From Brevinematia bacterium (GTDB lineage Bacteria; Spirochaetota; Brevinematia; Brevinematales; JAOACQ01): a DNA stretch of 64,000 bases. How positions within the stretch are numbered: the first letter of the stretch is position 1; each line of letters begins with the position of its first letter. The position numbers and the translations under genes were made by a program. Of the stretch, positions 36,234 to 46,476 are shown one piece after another. A model generated the notes under the pieces. The model was not told where the DNA came from, did no database searches, and saw only the letters and a program-made list of their open reading frames with translations. The stretch lies in the NCBI GenBank assembly GCA_049968515.1, contig JBMFQR010000004.1, forward strand, positions 6,145 through 70,144. The letters run 5' to 3'.

Positions 36234-36887
36234 TTACTTTTTATTTTTTACAAAACTATTCTCTATATCTTTTAAAAAACTGGCTAAATTCTTTACTTTT
36301 TCGCTTTCTTTTTCTATGTTAATTAAATATGCTCCATCTGTATCAATTTCTACAATTGCTCTATTTTTGCTTCTTTCATTTTTAAGTTCTTCACCTTCGA
36401 TAGTCATAAAAAATACCTTTATGTGCTTTGTTATTTCACTTTGAAGCAGTTTTAATTTCCAGTATCCTGTTTGAGCTATTCTTTCTCTTAATGTCGTTTT
36501 GGAAGAAATGATAAAGAGAACTTGGATTATAAGCAACAAGATCTACATCTGGCAAATGCATTCCAAATTTTCCAAAATTAACCACTAGATTTTTTTTACT
36601 TTCTCAAGTTTATCAGAGAGTTTTTCTTTATTTAATTCATCTCCCTTGATAAGCTGGATATTAAAGTTTTTCAGTTCATCCTGTAAGTAATTTAAAAGTA
36701 TCTCTTCCAGTAATCTTCCTTTGAAAGGCTTCCATGATTGTTCAGGGTCCCTGACTTTTTTATTAATCAAAAAGAAATATCTATTTTTTTCTTCTTCCAA
36801 AATTTTAGAAAGATTGGATATTCCTTCTTTTTTAATTCTTTCAAATATTATTGTTTTTAATTTTTTTAACTTGTTATTCTCTTTCAT
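36234..36887 (-). pseudogene. Type II restriction endonuclease remnant (PD-(D/E)xK, DpnII/MboI-like signature) split into three frames
   Basis: Fragment A is ORF 36585..36887, ending at TAG just after an A8 run (T8 on + at 36590-36597). The -1 frame reads 'NLVVNFGKFGMHLPDVDLVAYNPS'. A further +1 shift joins 'LFIISSKTTLRERIAQ...' (ORF 36234..36539). The ATG at 36887 overlaps the methylase tail by 14 nt. Confidence 0.5.
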
Positions 36888-38092
36888 AAAAATCCCATTT
36901 AATTTTCGGGTTTTTCTTTTTTTCTCTTTTTGTTTTTTTAACGATTATTAGATATTTAAACCCCCTGAGAAAAAAATTATGCTGGATTGTTTTACTATGC
37001 CAGAATGGAGTGTTAGAAGCCTGATTTCTTCTTACTACACAAACTATATCAACAGGTTCAAAAAATTTTGTTAATCTTTCATAAATCTTAAAACCTACTG
37101 GAACGAATATTCCCCTTTGCCCACTGATCTCCTATCAGCCAGCCTAAAACTTTGTTAGTTTTTAGTACTCTATGGCATTCCTTCATTACTTTTTCAAGTT
37201 CATCATAAAATTTTTCATCAAGTGCAGATATATGTCCAATGTTGTCGGGATGTTCGTTGTATTTTATGTTATCTCCATAGGGTGAATCTATAAAAATCAT
37301 ATCGACTGTCTCATCCTCCAGCGGTAAACTTCTTGCATCACATTGTTTAATATCATCTCTGGTAGGTTTTATATCAAAGGCAATACAATTTCTTTGCTCT
37401 TCTTTACAAACATCGATAGTTGTCCCGCTACCAGCCATAGGATCTAAAATGGTATCCCCGGGTTTTGTGTATCTATGAATCATATTGTAGATTATGAAGG
37501 CTGGGGTTACACACGGATATTTATTATTTCCTTTCGGTGTATCACCATAGCTTTGCTTTGGATAATCCCAGAGAGTGGTGGAAAAAATTATAGGTCTATA
37601 TTCTTCATCAATAATTTGTTCTTTTGTTAAGTTTTTCTTTTCTACTATTTTTCCCGAAAGAGCGTCTATTATAAGTGCACATCCCTTTTCAGTAAAGATA
37701 TTTCTCCAAGAAATATTATATGTTTTAAAAAACTTATCTGCATTTTCAAGCTTTTTTAGAGTGTCCGATAACTTAACCTTAACAAGGTAAGGATATTTAC
37801 CATTGAACAAATCTGTGTTTTTATCATAGAATCCGTCTGATGTAGCTTCAAACACTCCAAACAACTCGTCAGTGTCTAAATTGTATAAAAAAACAAAATC
37901 TCCTTTTTTAATGCTTAATATTTTGCTTCCATAAATTTTACTGGTACAAAAGGTAAGGGTTTTAAGGCATTCATTCTGACTTTTATTAGTGCAGGCAAGA
38001 ATAAACCCTTTTTCCTTTTTGCTTTTGGTTTTTTCTTTTGAAATCTGCGAGCTACTATCTATATAATTCTCTCTTGATTTTGTAAGAAACAT
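36874..38092 (-). pseudogene. DNA methyltransferase with N-terminal DCD/EVE-like (PUA-fold) domain; C-terminal ~75 codons displaced by a frameshift near 37105-37116
   Basis: ORF 37088..38092. The N-terminal domain is 'GFILACTNKSQNECLKTLTFCTS...GDFVFLYNLDTDELFGVFEATSDG...YPYLVKVK'. The MTase motifs are 'TILDPMAGSGTT' (motif I) and 'IFIDSPYGD' (motif IV). After '...GDQWAKG' the +1 frame continues 'IFVPVGFKIYERLTKFFEPVDIVCVVRRNQASNTPFWHSKTIQHNFFLRGFKYLIIVKK...' to TAA at 36874-36876. Confidence 0.65.
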
Positions 38093-38386
38093 ATTTTGCT
38101 CCGATGTTTTTTATCATTCAGCAAGTATTATTATTAAAGCAGAAATTACAAAAGACAACAAAATGTGCAAATATAAATTGTCGTTCCAAGTCAATATTTG
38201 GAGTAGTTTCTCCAAGAAAGAGTTGAAGCATTTTAACCTCCAGATATTTTCGGCATAGAGGGAGGTTTTCTTTTATCCAGCTTTTCTACTTTTAAACTTT
38301 GAGTTGTATTTCCACTCTAATTATTGTAACGACAAACAAATCACCTTTCCCAGGATGTGTAGAAAGATAAGTTATCTTTAAAAATT

Positions 38387-38415
38387 TTGAGAAATTTTGC
38401 TTTTTATTTCATAAT
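38387..38415 (+). promoter_or_regulatory. Sigma70-type promoter candidate for lysS-dapL
   Basis: TTGAGA (38387-38392), 17 nt, CATAAT (38410-38415). ATG at 38451 with AGGAG RBS. Confidence 0.3.
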
Positions 38416-38450
38416 ATTTTTTAATCTTAACGCTAAATGCAGGAGATGTT

Positions 38451-39932
38451 ATGGAAGAAAGGAAAGATTTTGATCTTTCTGATGAAAGACAATCGAGATT
38501 GAGAAAATTATCTATCTGGAGAGAGAAAGGTATAAATCCTTATCCCAATTTTTACAGGCCAGAGAATTATTCCACTGACATAAAAGAAAGGTTTGTAAAA
38601 GAAGGTGAAAAGGAATTTGATGTTAATATTGCCGGTAGAATTATTCTTTTAAGGGATTTTGGCAAAGCTATCTTTGCCACATTGAAGGACTTTAAGGGGA
38701 CAATTCAGATTTATGCAAGAAAGGATGTAATTGGAGATGAAAAGCTTGAGGAATTCAAGCTACTTGACATAGGTGACATTATAGGTGTCAGGGGAAGTGT
38801 GTTCAGAACGCATAAAGGAGAAATTACTGTTCTGGTGAAAGAGTTCACGTTGCTTTCCAAGTCTTTGCTTGGCTTACCAGAAAAGTGGCATGGTCTTACG
38901 GATGTGGAGACACGCTATAGACAGAGATATCTTGACCTTATTGTCAATGATAAGGTGAGAGAAGATTTTGCCACAAGATTTAAAATTATTGCATATATAA
39001 GAAACTTTTTGAGTAAGAAGGGCTTTGTAGAGGTTGAAACACCGATGATGCAGACTATTCCCGGCGGGGCAACTGCAAGGCCATTCGTAACTCATCATAA
39101 TGCTCTTGATATTGACCTTTATTTGAGGATCGCACCTGAGCTTTATTTAAAAAGGCTTATAGTTGGGGGATTTGAAAAGGTTTTTGAGTTGAACAGAAAT
39201 TTTAGAAATGAGGGCATAGATACAAAGCACAATCCAGAATTTACAATGCTTGAGCTTTATCAGGCTTATGCTGACTACAACGATATGATTTTAATTTTTG
39301 AGGAATTGATGAAAACTCTTTCCATTGAGATAAAGAGTAAGACAGAAATTGAATATCAGGGTCAAACTCTTGATTTCAGCAAATGGAATAAGATAAAGTA
39401 TGTGGATGCTTTAAAAACTTATGCAAATATAGATGTAAGTGATATAAAAACTCCTGAAGATGCAAGAAATTTAGCAGCTCTGAAGGGGTACAGCAATTTT
39501 CAGGGGTTTGAGGGAAAGTGGGAGATAATAAGTCATTTGTTTGATGAGTATGTTGAGCCTCATCTTCAACAACCCACAATTGTTTATGAGTATCCTGCCG
39601 AGATTTCACCACTTGCAAAGTATAAGGAGGATAATCCAGAGTTTGTTGAGAGGTTTGAGGCTTATATTTGCGGGAGAGAGATTGCAAATGCCTTTTCCGA
39701 ATTGAATGATCCTCTCGTTCAGGCAGAAAGATTTTTTGAACAGGCCAGAAAGAAGGCAGCAGGGGATGAAGAGGCAATGTATGTGGATGAAGATTATCTC
39801 AAGGCACTTGAGGTTGGAATGCCACCAACAGGAGGAATGGGCATAGGAATTGACAGGCTTGTAATGTTCTTTATAGATTCAAATTCTATTAGGGATACTA
39901 TACTTTTTCCTACTCTTAAAACAAGGGATTGA
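38451..39932 (+). CDS. lysS: Lysine--tRNA ligase, class II
   Basis: 'RLRKLSIWREKGINPYPN', OB-fold, and class II motifs 'FRNEGIDTKHNPEFTMLELYQAY' and 'GGMGIGIDRLVMFF'. Confidence 0.92.
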   Translation: MEERKDFDLSDERQSRLRKLSIWREKGINPYPNFYRPENYSTDIKERFVKEGEKEFDVNIAGRIILLRDFGKAIFATLKDFKGTIQIYARKDVIGDEKLEEFKLLDIGDIIGVRGSVFRTHKGEITVLVKEFTLLSKSLLGLPEKWHGLTDVETRYRQRYLDLIVNDKVREDFATRFKIIAYIRNFLSKKGFVEVETPMMQTIPGGATARPFVTHHNALDIDLYLRIAPELYLKRLIVGGFEKVFELNRNFRNEGIDTKHNPEFTMLELYQAYADYNDMILIFEELMKTLSIEIKSKTEIEYQGQTLDFSKWNKIKYVDALKTYANIDVSDIKTPEDARNLAALKGYSNFQGFEGKWEIISHLFDEYVEPHLQQPTIVYEYPAEISPLAKYKEDNPEFVERFEAYICGREIANAFSELNDPLVQAERFFEQARKKAAGDEEAMYVDEDYLKALEVGMPPTGGMGIGIDRLVMFFIDSNSIRDTILFPTLKTRD

Positions 39933-39941
39933 GGAGAATTT

Positions 39942-41171
39942 ATGGCATTTATAAATGAAAATTTTTTAAAGTTGAACAGAAACTATCTTTTTGCCGAGGT
40001 GTCTAATAGGGTTAAAAAATATCTGGAGAAGAATCCTAATGCAAAGATAATAAGATTGGGTATAGGTGATGTTACTGAGCCGCTTACTCATTCGGTTATT
40101 GCTGAATTAAAAAATGCTGTAGAAGAAATGAGCAAAAGAGAGACCTTTCAGGGTTATCCGCCATATGAGGGTTATGATTTTTTAAGAAAGGCAATTGCTG
40201 AATTTGATTTCAAAAGGAGAGGAATTGATATTAAGCCGGAAGAGATTTATATTTCCACTGGTGCTAAAGAGGATACTGCAAATATACAGGAGATATTTTC
40301 GATTGATAGCAGGGTTGCCATACCCGATCCTGTTTATCCAGTCTATGTTGACAGCAATGTTATGGCTGGCAGGGCAGGTATCCAGAAAAATGGAAGATAT
40401 GAGGGCATAGAGTATTTACCGTGTACAGTGGAGAACGATTTTTTACCCTCTTTGCCAGAAAAGAAGGTAGATATAATTTACCTTTGTTTTCCAAACAATC
40501 CTACCGGTCAGGTAATTACGAAGGATGAACTAAAAAAGTGGGTGGAGTATGCTGTTGAAAATGAAGCAATAATACTATTTGATGCTGCTTACGAAGCCTA
40601 TGTGAGAGAGGAAAACATACCTAAAACTATCTTTGAGATTGAAGGTGCAAGAAAGGTGGCAATTGAATTTAGAAGCCTTTCCAAAACTGCTGGTTTTACC
40701 GGGACAAGATGTTCATATACAATTATACCTGAAGAAGTTTGCCTTAAGGACAGAAGGGGCAATAAATACCCGGCTGGAGAATTGTGGCTTAGAAGGCAAT
40801 CAACAAAGTTTAATGGGGTAGCATATATTATTCAGAAGGGTGCTTATGGGGTATTTACAGAGAAGGGGCAGGAAGAGATAAAAAAGCTTATCTCTTACTA
40901 CCTTGAAAATGCAAGGATTATAAGAGAGGGGATTGAGGCTCTCGGATTGAAGTATACTGGTGGGGTAAATTCTCCTTACATCTGGTTTATGATTCCTCAG
41001 GGTTTTAACTCGTGGGAGTTTTTTGACTATCTTCTCGAAAGATGTAACATTGTTTCCACTCCGGGAAGTGGATTTGGCAGATGTGGAGAAGGTTATATCA
41101 GGCTTTCTGCCTTCGGAAAAAGGGAAGATATTGTCGAAGCAGTCGATAGGTTAAAAAAGCTTGAGATTTAA
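39942..41171 (+). CDS. dapL: LL-diaminopimelate aminotransferase (DapL-type)
   Basis: 'INENFLKLNRNYLFAEVSNRVKKY...IIRLGIGDVTEPL' is the DapL N-terminal signature. 'SLSKTAGFTGTRCSY' contains the PLP-lysine motif. Confidence 0.8.
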   Translation: MAFINENFLKLNRNYLFAEVSNRVKKYLEKNPNAKIIRLGIGDVTEPLTHSVIAELKNAVEEMSKRETFQGYPPYEGYDFLRKAIAEFDFKRRGIDIKPEEIYISTGAKEDTANIQEIFSIDSRVAIPDPVYPVYVDSNVMAGRAGIQKNGRYEGIEYLPCTVENDFLPSLPEKKVDIIYLCFPNNPTGQVITKDELKKWVEYAVENEAIILFDAAYEAYVREENIPKTIFEIEGARKVAIEFRSLSKTAGFTGTRCSYTIIPEEVCLKDRRGNKYPAGELWLRRQSTKFNGVAYIIQKGAYGVFTEKGQEEIKKLISYYLENARIIREGIEALGLKYTGGVNSPYIWFMIPQGFNSWEFFDYLLERCNIVSTPGSGFGRCGEGYIRLSAFGKREDIVEAVDRLKKLEI

Positions 41172-41213
41172 CCTAATAAGCTCAAATGAAATTTTGCTAT
41201 TTATTCAAGGGGT

Positions 41214-41642
41214 TTATAGCTTGTAAAGCTCGGCTGATGATATTGTCTTAACGTTGTTTTTCTTTAGTTTTTCCAGAACATCATCAGGGTTGTCAAACCT
41301 GAATATCAATATTGCCTTGTTCGGGATTTTTGCCAGAAAGGCGTACATATATTCTACGTTAATAGAATTTTCGTTGAAAATTTTTAGTATCTCTGCAAGA
41401 CCACCGGGTTTGTCATCAATTTCTATTGCTATCACATCGGTGGAAGAAACTGTAAATTTGTTATCCTTTAGAATTGAAATTGCCAGATCAGGTTCATTTA
41501 CAATCAACCTTAATATTCCAAAATCGGATGTATCGGCAACAGATAGTGCCCTAATGTTGATATTGTTTCTTCCGAGAAGATCACATACATCATATAGCCT
41601 TCCAGCCTTATTCTCTAAAAAAACAGAAACTTGTTTTACCAT
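41214..41642 (-). CDS. Tandem ACT-domain protein (PaaK-associated)
   Basis: 142 aa. 'QVSVFLENKAGRLYDVCDLLGRNNINIRALSVADT.DFGILRLIV' plus a second ACT repeat. Immediately downstream of the phenylacetate-CoA ligase gene. Confidence 0.7.
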   Translation of the reverse strand: MVKQVSVFLENKAGRLYDVCDLLGRNNINIRALSVADTSDFGILRLIVNEPDLAISILKDNKFTVSSTDVIAIEIDDKPGGLAEILKIFNENSINVEYMYAFLAKIPNKAILIFRFDNPDDVLEKLKKNNVKTISSAELYKL

Positions 41643-41655
41643 AGCTTGCCTCCTG

Positions 41656-42975
41656 TTAAATTTTTCGATTGTCTATTATTCTTTTTGCTTTTCCCTCACT
41701 TCTTTCAATCGTTCTGGGTTCTACAAGCTTTACATTTACAGATATGCCGAGAGTGCTTTCTATTTCATTCTGAATCTTTCTCTCTATCATTTCAAGTTTT
41801 TTAATTTCATCGGAGAAGACAGCTTCATTGACTTCTACCATTACTGTAAGGACATCAAGGTTGTGTTCCCTGTCCACAATAATTTGATAGTGTGGTGCAA
41901 CCTCTTCTATGGAAACAAGGACCTCCTCTATCTGTGATGGAAATACATTTACTCCTCTTATTATAAGCATATCATCTGTTCTTCCCATTATCCTGTCAAT
42001 TCGTGGGTGGGTTCTTCCGCATTTGCATTCTCCGGGGATTATTCTTGTCAGATCTCTTGTCCTGTATCTTATCAATGGGATTCCCTTTTTTGTTAGAGTT
42101 GTTATCACAAGCTCTCCTGTTTCTCCATCCTTTACTCTTTTGCCTGTAGCAGGGTCGATTATTTCAGGATAGAAGTGATCATCATAAATGTGCAATCCAG
42201 CCTGCTCAAGACATTCATTTGCCACACCCGGACCGATTATTTCCGAAAGCCCATAAATATTTATTGCTTTGATGCCGAGCTTTTTTTCTATCTCATTTCT
42301 CATTCCTTCTGACCAGGGTTCGGCTCCAAAGACACCATATTTTATCTTGAGGTCAGAAATTTTTATTCCTTTCTTTTCTATTTCCTCTGCAAGGTAGAGG
42401 GAATAGGATGGTGTGCAGGTAATAATATCAGGGCCAAAATCCTGAAGAAGGAGAATCTGCCTTGCAGTGTTCCCTCCTGAAACGGGGATTACTGTTGCTC
42501 CAATCCTTTCTGCTCCATAATGGATACCAAGCCCACCTGTGAAGAGTCCGTATCCATAAGCATTCTGAATAATTGATCTCTTTGTGGCCCCTGACGCCAC
42601 AAGGGAACGTGCCATAACCTCCGACCATATTGAAATATCGCCTTCAGTATATCCCACAACAGTTGGTTTGCCTGTGGTTCCGCTTGAGGCGTGAATTCTC
42701 ACTATGTTTTCCATAGGCACAGCGAAAAGTCCAAACGGGTAATTGTCTCTTAAGTCATTCTTTGTGGTGAACGGAAGATTTACAATATCCTCGATTGAAT
42801 TTATATCGTTTGGATGAATGCCCATTTCTTTAAACTTCTTATTGTAAAATGGTACATTCTCATAAACATACCATACCTGTTCTTTCAGTCTATAGCTTTG
42901 AAGGGATTTCCTTATATCCCTTTGCATCGTCTCCATTTCTATATTCCAGATGGGATAGGGAAACTCTTTTGACAT
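41656..42975 (-). CDS. paaK: Phenylacetate--CoA ligase family (PaaK-like adenylate-forming enzyme)
   Basis: ATG at 42975 with GGAGG. '[17 protein letters not shown]' (AMP-binding P-loop), '[11 protein letters not shown]', and 'RYRTRDLT' followed by '[34 protein letters not shown]'. Confidence 0.8.
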   Translation of the reverse strand: MSKEFPYPIWNIEMETMQRDIRKSLQSYRLKEQVWYVYENVPFYNKKFKEMGIHPNDINSIEDIVNLPFTTKNDLRDNYPFGLFAVPMENIVRIHASSGTTGKPTVVGYTEGDISIWSEVMARSLVASGATKRSIIQNAYGYGLFTGGLGIHYGAERIGATVIPVSGGNTARQILLLQDFGPDIITCTPSYSLYLAEEIEKKGIKISDLKIKYGVFGAEPWSEGMRNEIEKKLGIKAINIYGLSEIIGPGVANECLEQAGLHIYDDHFYPEIIDPATGKRVKDGETGELVITTLTKKGIPLIRYRTRDLTRIIPGECKCGRTHPRIDRIMGRTDDMLIIRGVNVFPSQIEEVLVSIEEVAPHYQIIVDREHNLDVLTVMVEVNEAVFSDEIKKLEMIERKIQNEIESTLGISVNVKLVEPRTIERSEGKAKRIIDNRKI

Positions 42976-43084
42976 ATGAAACCTCCAACTAAACATTATA
43001 ATTAAGTATCAAAAAAAGTCAATTTAATTTTCTTTCCAGAAAACAAGAGATATGAACATTATAATAGCTTTTTCAACTCAAGTT

Positions 43085-43750
43085 TTAAGACTGACATTCG
43101 TCCGGATAATGATGCTTTATTACCTTACCTTCAGAAATATAAACCACATCTTCACATATATTTGAGGTTATATCAGCAATCTTTTCAAGGTTTCTTGCTA
43201 TTCTCAATAAGTGTAAGGATGGCTCTATTGTTTTTGGGTCAGAGCTCATAAATGAGATGAGTTCCCTTAATATCTGATCCCTGAGATCATCAACAATATC
43301 ATCCTTTTTTAATACCTCATAGGCCAGACATACATCCTCATTTATAAAAGAATATATACTATCATCAATCATCTTTAGTGTTTCCTCTGTCATTCGTGGA
43401 ATATCAATATAAGGCTTTATTTTTGGTTTTCCTATGAGTTCAATTGCACTTTCTGCAATATTGACAGCCTTATCTCCCATCCTTTCAATGTCAGAGACCA
43501 TTTTTGAAATCATCATCACTATTCTCAACTCTTTTGCTTCTGGTTGATATAATGCAATTAATGCAATGCACTCTTCCTCAACGGCTATTTCTTCCTCATT
43601 TGCTTTTGGTTCTAATTCTGTTATTACTTCTCTCGCTAAAGACTCATCTTCATTCAAAAGACTATCTATTGACTTTCTTATCATTTCCTTAATCAAGGAT
43701 ACATAAGAAAGCATTCTCTTTTTTAAGGAATTCAACCTGTCTTCTAACAT
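43085..43750 (-). CDS. phoU: Phosphate signalling complex protein PhoU
   Basis: Two PhoU repeats ('SDIERMGDKAVNIAE', 'ARNLEKIADITSNICEDVVY'). Directly downstream of pstB. Confidence 0.85.
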   Translation of the reverse strand: MLEDRLNSLKKRMLSYVSLIKEMIRKSIDSLLNEDESLAREVITELEPKANEEEIAVEEECIALIALYQPEAKELRIVMMISKMVSDIERMGDKAVNIAESAIELIGKPKIKPYIDIPRMTEETLKMIDDSIYSFINEDVCLAYEVLKKDDIVDDLRDQILRELISFMSSDPKTIEPSLHLLRIARNLEKIADITSNICEDVVYISEGKVIKHHYPDECQS

Positions 43751-43850
43751 TTTGTGTTTTCCTCCTGTCTTTCCTGATTATAGCTTTGGACTTCTTTTGT
43801 GTCAAAAACTCAGGATTATTATATAACAAAAAAAGTTCAAATTCAATAGT

Positions 43851-44621
43851 TTATCCAAATTTTCCTCCAAGATATTCTTCTGTCCTTTTATCTGAAGGAA
43901 CTGTAAATACTTTTTCAGTCGGGCCATATTCTATCAATTCACCGAGATACATAAAAGCAGTATAGTTTGATACTCTACCAGCCTGTCCTATATTGTGGGT
44001 AACTAAGATTATTGTTACATTTTTCTTTAGCTCTACAATAAGTTCTTCGATGTGAGCCGTGGATTTTGGGTCAAGGGAAGAGGTTGGCTCATCAAGCAGA
44101 AGAACCTCCGGGTGAAGAGCAAGAGCCCTTGCAATACAGAGCCTTTGCTGTTGTCCGCCAGAAAGGAATGTTCCCTTCTTGAAAAGCTTGTCTTTTACCT
44201 CATTCCATAGCCCTGCCTTTTTTAATGAATCTTCTACTATTTCATCTGCCTCGGATTTTTTTAGACTGACACCATTAAGCTTGTAACCGGCTATTACATT
44301 GTCATAAACGCTCATATTGGGAAAGGGATTTGGTTTCTGAAAGACCATACCTGTTTTCCTTCTCACAAGCATCGGATTTAAAGAAAGTAAGTCTTCACCA
44401 TGTAATAAAATTTTCCCCTCAACTTTTGTACCCGGAATGAGCTCGTGCATTCTATTGAAGCATCTTATCATCGTGGATTTACCGCAACCAGATGGTCCCA
44501 TTATTGCATGAACCTGATTCTGGTAAAATTCTATTGAAACATTGCTCAATGCTTTAAAATCTCCATAGTAGACATTGAGGTTTTCCACTTTTAAGATAGT
44601 ATTCAAAACTTGACCTTCCAT
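43851..44621 (-). CDS. pstB: Phosphate ABC transporter ATP-binding protein PstB
   Basis: From ATG 44621: '[20 protein letters not shown]', Walker A 'GPSGCGKST', '[15 protein letters not shown]', Walker B '[12 protein letters not shown]'. Confidence 0.9.
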   Translation of the reverse strand: MEGQVLNTILKVENLNVYYGDFKALSNVSIEFYQNQVHAIMGPSGCGKSTMIRCFNRMHELIPGTKVEGKILLHGEDLLSLNPMLVRRKTGMVFQKPNPFPNMSVYDNVIAGYKLNGVSLKKSEADEIVEDSLKKAGLWNEVKDKLFKKGTFLSGGQQQRLCIARALALHPEVLLLDEPTSSLDPKSTAHIEELIVELKKNVTIILVTHNIGQAGRVSNYTAFMYLGELIEYGPTEKVFTVPSDKRTEEYLGGKFG

Positions 44622-45466
44622 TTCTTCATTACCACCTTTGATATAAAATTCATCAGCAGAACAAAGGAAACAAGCACAAGGGACGCTCCCCATGCAATAT
44701 TTTGCCAGTCCTCATAAGGACTTGTTGCATATTTGAAAATTATATGAGGAATGGCTTCTACTGGTTTGAACAGACTTAACGAGAAAAACTGATTTCCGAA
44801 TGCAGTAAAGAGCAGGGGAGCGGTTTCACCAATTATTCTTGCGATAGAGACGATAATTCCAGTTACAATTCCACTTAATCCGCATGGGAGAACTACTCTT
44901 AAAACCACCTTGTAATAAGGTACACCTAAAGCAAATGCTGCCTCTTTTACACTGTAGGGAATGAGCTTCAGTGTTTCCTCTGTGTTTTTTATTGTGACAG
45001 GAAGCATCATTATGGCAAGAGCTATGCTTCCAGAGATTGCAGAGAATGTTTTCATTGGCATTACAACCCAGACGTAAACTACTATTCCAATGACTATCGA
45101 GGGAATACTTTGAAGTACATCAACAAAGAGCCTTACCAGTTCAGCTACTTTCGATTTATTTATTTCTGCAAGATATATTCCTGTGAGTATGCCCGGAGGT
45201 ATTGATAAAATGCATGCAAAAATTACAATTATAAATGAACCAGCTATTGCATTAAGTATACCACCACCTTTTTCACCAGCAGGTCTTGGATTATGAATAA
45301 AGAGATCTATGTTTATGTTTGCAATACCTTTTTGGAAGATATAAAATAAGATAATTATAACAGACAAAACTACAACGAGAGAGAGCAGAAAAATAAAGAC
45401 AAAAAATATCTTCTCTTTAATAATATTCAGTATTATTTTCCTTTCCAGCTTTTTTCTTAAATTCAC
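44603..45466 (-). CDS. pstA: Phosphate ABC transporter permease PstA
   Basis: 287-aa polytopic protein. '[20 protein letters not shown]' EAA loop. Order is pstS-C-A-B. Confidence 0.85.
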   Translation of the reverse strand: MNLRKKLERKIILNIIKEKIFFVFIFLLSLVVVLSVIIILFYIFQKGIANINIDLFIHNPRPAGEKGGGILNAIAGSFIIVIFACILSIPPGILTGIYLAEINKSKVAELVRLFVDVLQSIPSIVIGIVVYVWVVMPMKTFSAISGSIALAIMMLPVTIKNTEETLKLIPYSVKEAAFALGVPYYKVVLRVVLPCGLSGIVTGIIVSIARIIGETAPLLFTAFGNQFFSLSLFKPVEAIPHIIFKYATSPYEDWQNIAWGASLVLVSFVLLMNFISKVVMKKWKVKF

Positions 45467-46363
45467 TTAACCTCCTTTTATTGAAACCCTTTTTACAATA
45501 ATTCTTCCTATAAAGGAAAAAAGAAAAGTTATCAAGAAAAGTATGAGACCGAGTTCTATAAGAGATGATACATATATGGTGTCTGTAGCCTCAGTAAATT
45601 CATTTGCGATAATACTTGCAATGGTGTGAGCCGGGCTGAAGATATTTTTAGGGAGGAAATAGGAATTTCCTATCACCATTGTTACAGCCATTGTTTCTCC
45701 AAGTGCTCTGCCTAAAGAAAGCAAAAAGCCAGCTATTATTCCTGAACTTGAGTATGGGACAATAACCTTTTTGATTACCTCATACTTTGTGGCGCCGAGA
45801 GAATAGGCAGCTTCTTTTAGTTCATTGGGCACCATACCAATAACCTCTTTGGAAGTAGAGGCAGCATATGGAATTATCATAAGAGTAAGTATTATTGAAG
45901 CTGTGAAAATACCCACTCCATAAGGAGTTGTGCCAATTTTAGTCTGAAGTGTCCTGACAAGCGGTGAGAGTATAAATAGCCCCCACATTCCATAAATTAT
46001 GGAAGGGATACCTGCAAGCAGTTCAAGTGAGGATGAAAGCAGATTTGATAGCCAGCCCGAAGGAAAGTATTCTGTGAGAAATATTGAAACAGAGAATGAA
46101 AATGGGATGGAGAGTAATAATGCAAGTATTGATGTCAGAATTGTCCCAATTATAAATGGCAATGCTCCAAATTCTCCACTTACAGGATCCCATGTTGTTT
46201 TTGTAAAAAAAGCGAGCCCAAATTTTTTGATTGATGGGATGGAGAATAACAATAGAGAGATAAAGATCATCGAAATCAGAAAAAGAATAAAATAACCAAA
46301 AATAGATAAAACCTTTTCAAACCAGGCTGAGTCTGAAATCATATTCTTCAGTTTATCTTTCAA
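45467..46363 (-). CDS. pstC: Phosphate ABC transporter permease PstC
   Basis: 298 aa. 'EAAYSLGATKYEVIKKVIVP' EAA loop. Abuts pstA with no gap. Confidence 0.85.
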   Translation of the reverse strand: MKDKLKNMISDSAWFEKVLSIFGYFILFLISMIFISLLLFSIPSIKKFGLAFFTKTTWDPVSGEFGALPFIIGTILTSILALLLSIPFSFSVSIFLTEYFPSGWLSNLLSSSLELLAGIPSIIYGMWGLFILSPLVRTLQTKIGTTPYGVGIFTASIILTLMIIPYAASTSKEVIGMVPNELKEAAYSLGATKYEVIKKVIVPYSSSGIIAGFLLSLGRALGETMAVTMVIGNSYFLPKNIFSPAHTIASIIANEFTEATDTIYVSSLIELGLILFLITFLFSFIGRIIVKRVSIKGG

Positions 46364-46436
46364 TTCCCCACCTCACTCAACAACATACTAAGAGTATAAA
46401 AGCCTTTTGTTAACGAAAAAATAAGGAAATATTAAT

Positions 46437-46469
46437 TGTATCTGCAACTTGCTTGGCGTTGCAGATACA
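46437..46469 (-). terminator. Perfect 12-bp hairpin between pstS and pstC (intra-operon attenuator/stabiliser)
   Basis: TGTATCTGCAAC (46437-46448), 9-nt loop, GTTGCAGATACA (46458-46469), 8 nt after the pstS stop. Confidence 0.5.
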
Positions 46470-46476
46470 AGCATAT

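Noticed and set aside
38164-38259. 31-aa sORF (MCKYKLSFQVNIWSSFSKKELKHFNLQIFSA) overlapping the shared 18-nt motif and ending in the orphan hairpin loop
   Set aside because: It has no Shine-Dalgarno sequence, is not hydrophobic or toxin-like, and the related copy at 19391 is not in an equivalent ORF.
32365-38450. Accessory patch interpreted as an integrated mobile element at tRNA-Pro
   Set aside because: There is no integrase, excisionase or transposase, and I found no direct repeat of the tRNA 3' end by eye. The patch also lies on the 5' side of the tRNA, whereas tRNA-targeting elements normally insert at the 3' end. It is kept only as 'accessory/decaying island'.
41254-41937. 227-aa plus-strand ORF spanning the ACT gene and the 3' end of paaK
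   Set aside because: It is antisense to two well-supported genes, has S/L/F-rich low-complexity composition typical of the shadow of K/E-rich coding sequence, and has no RBS.
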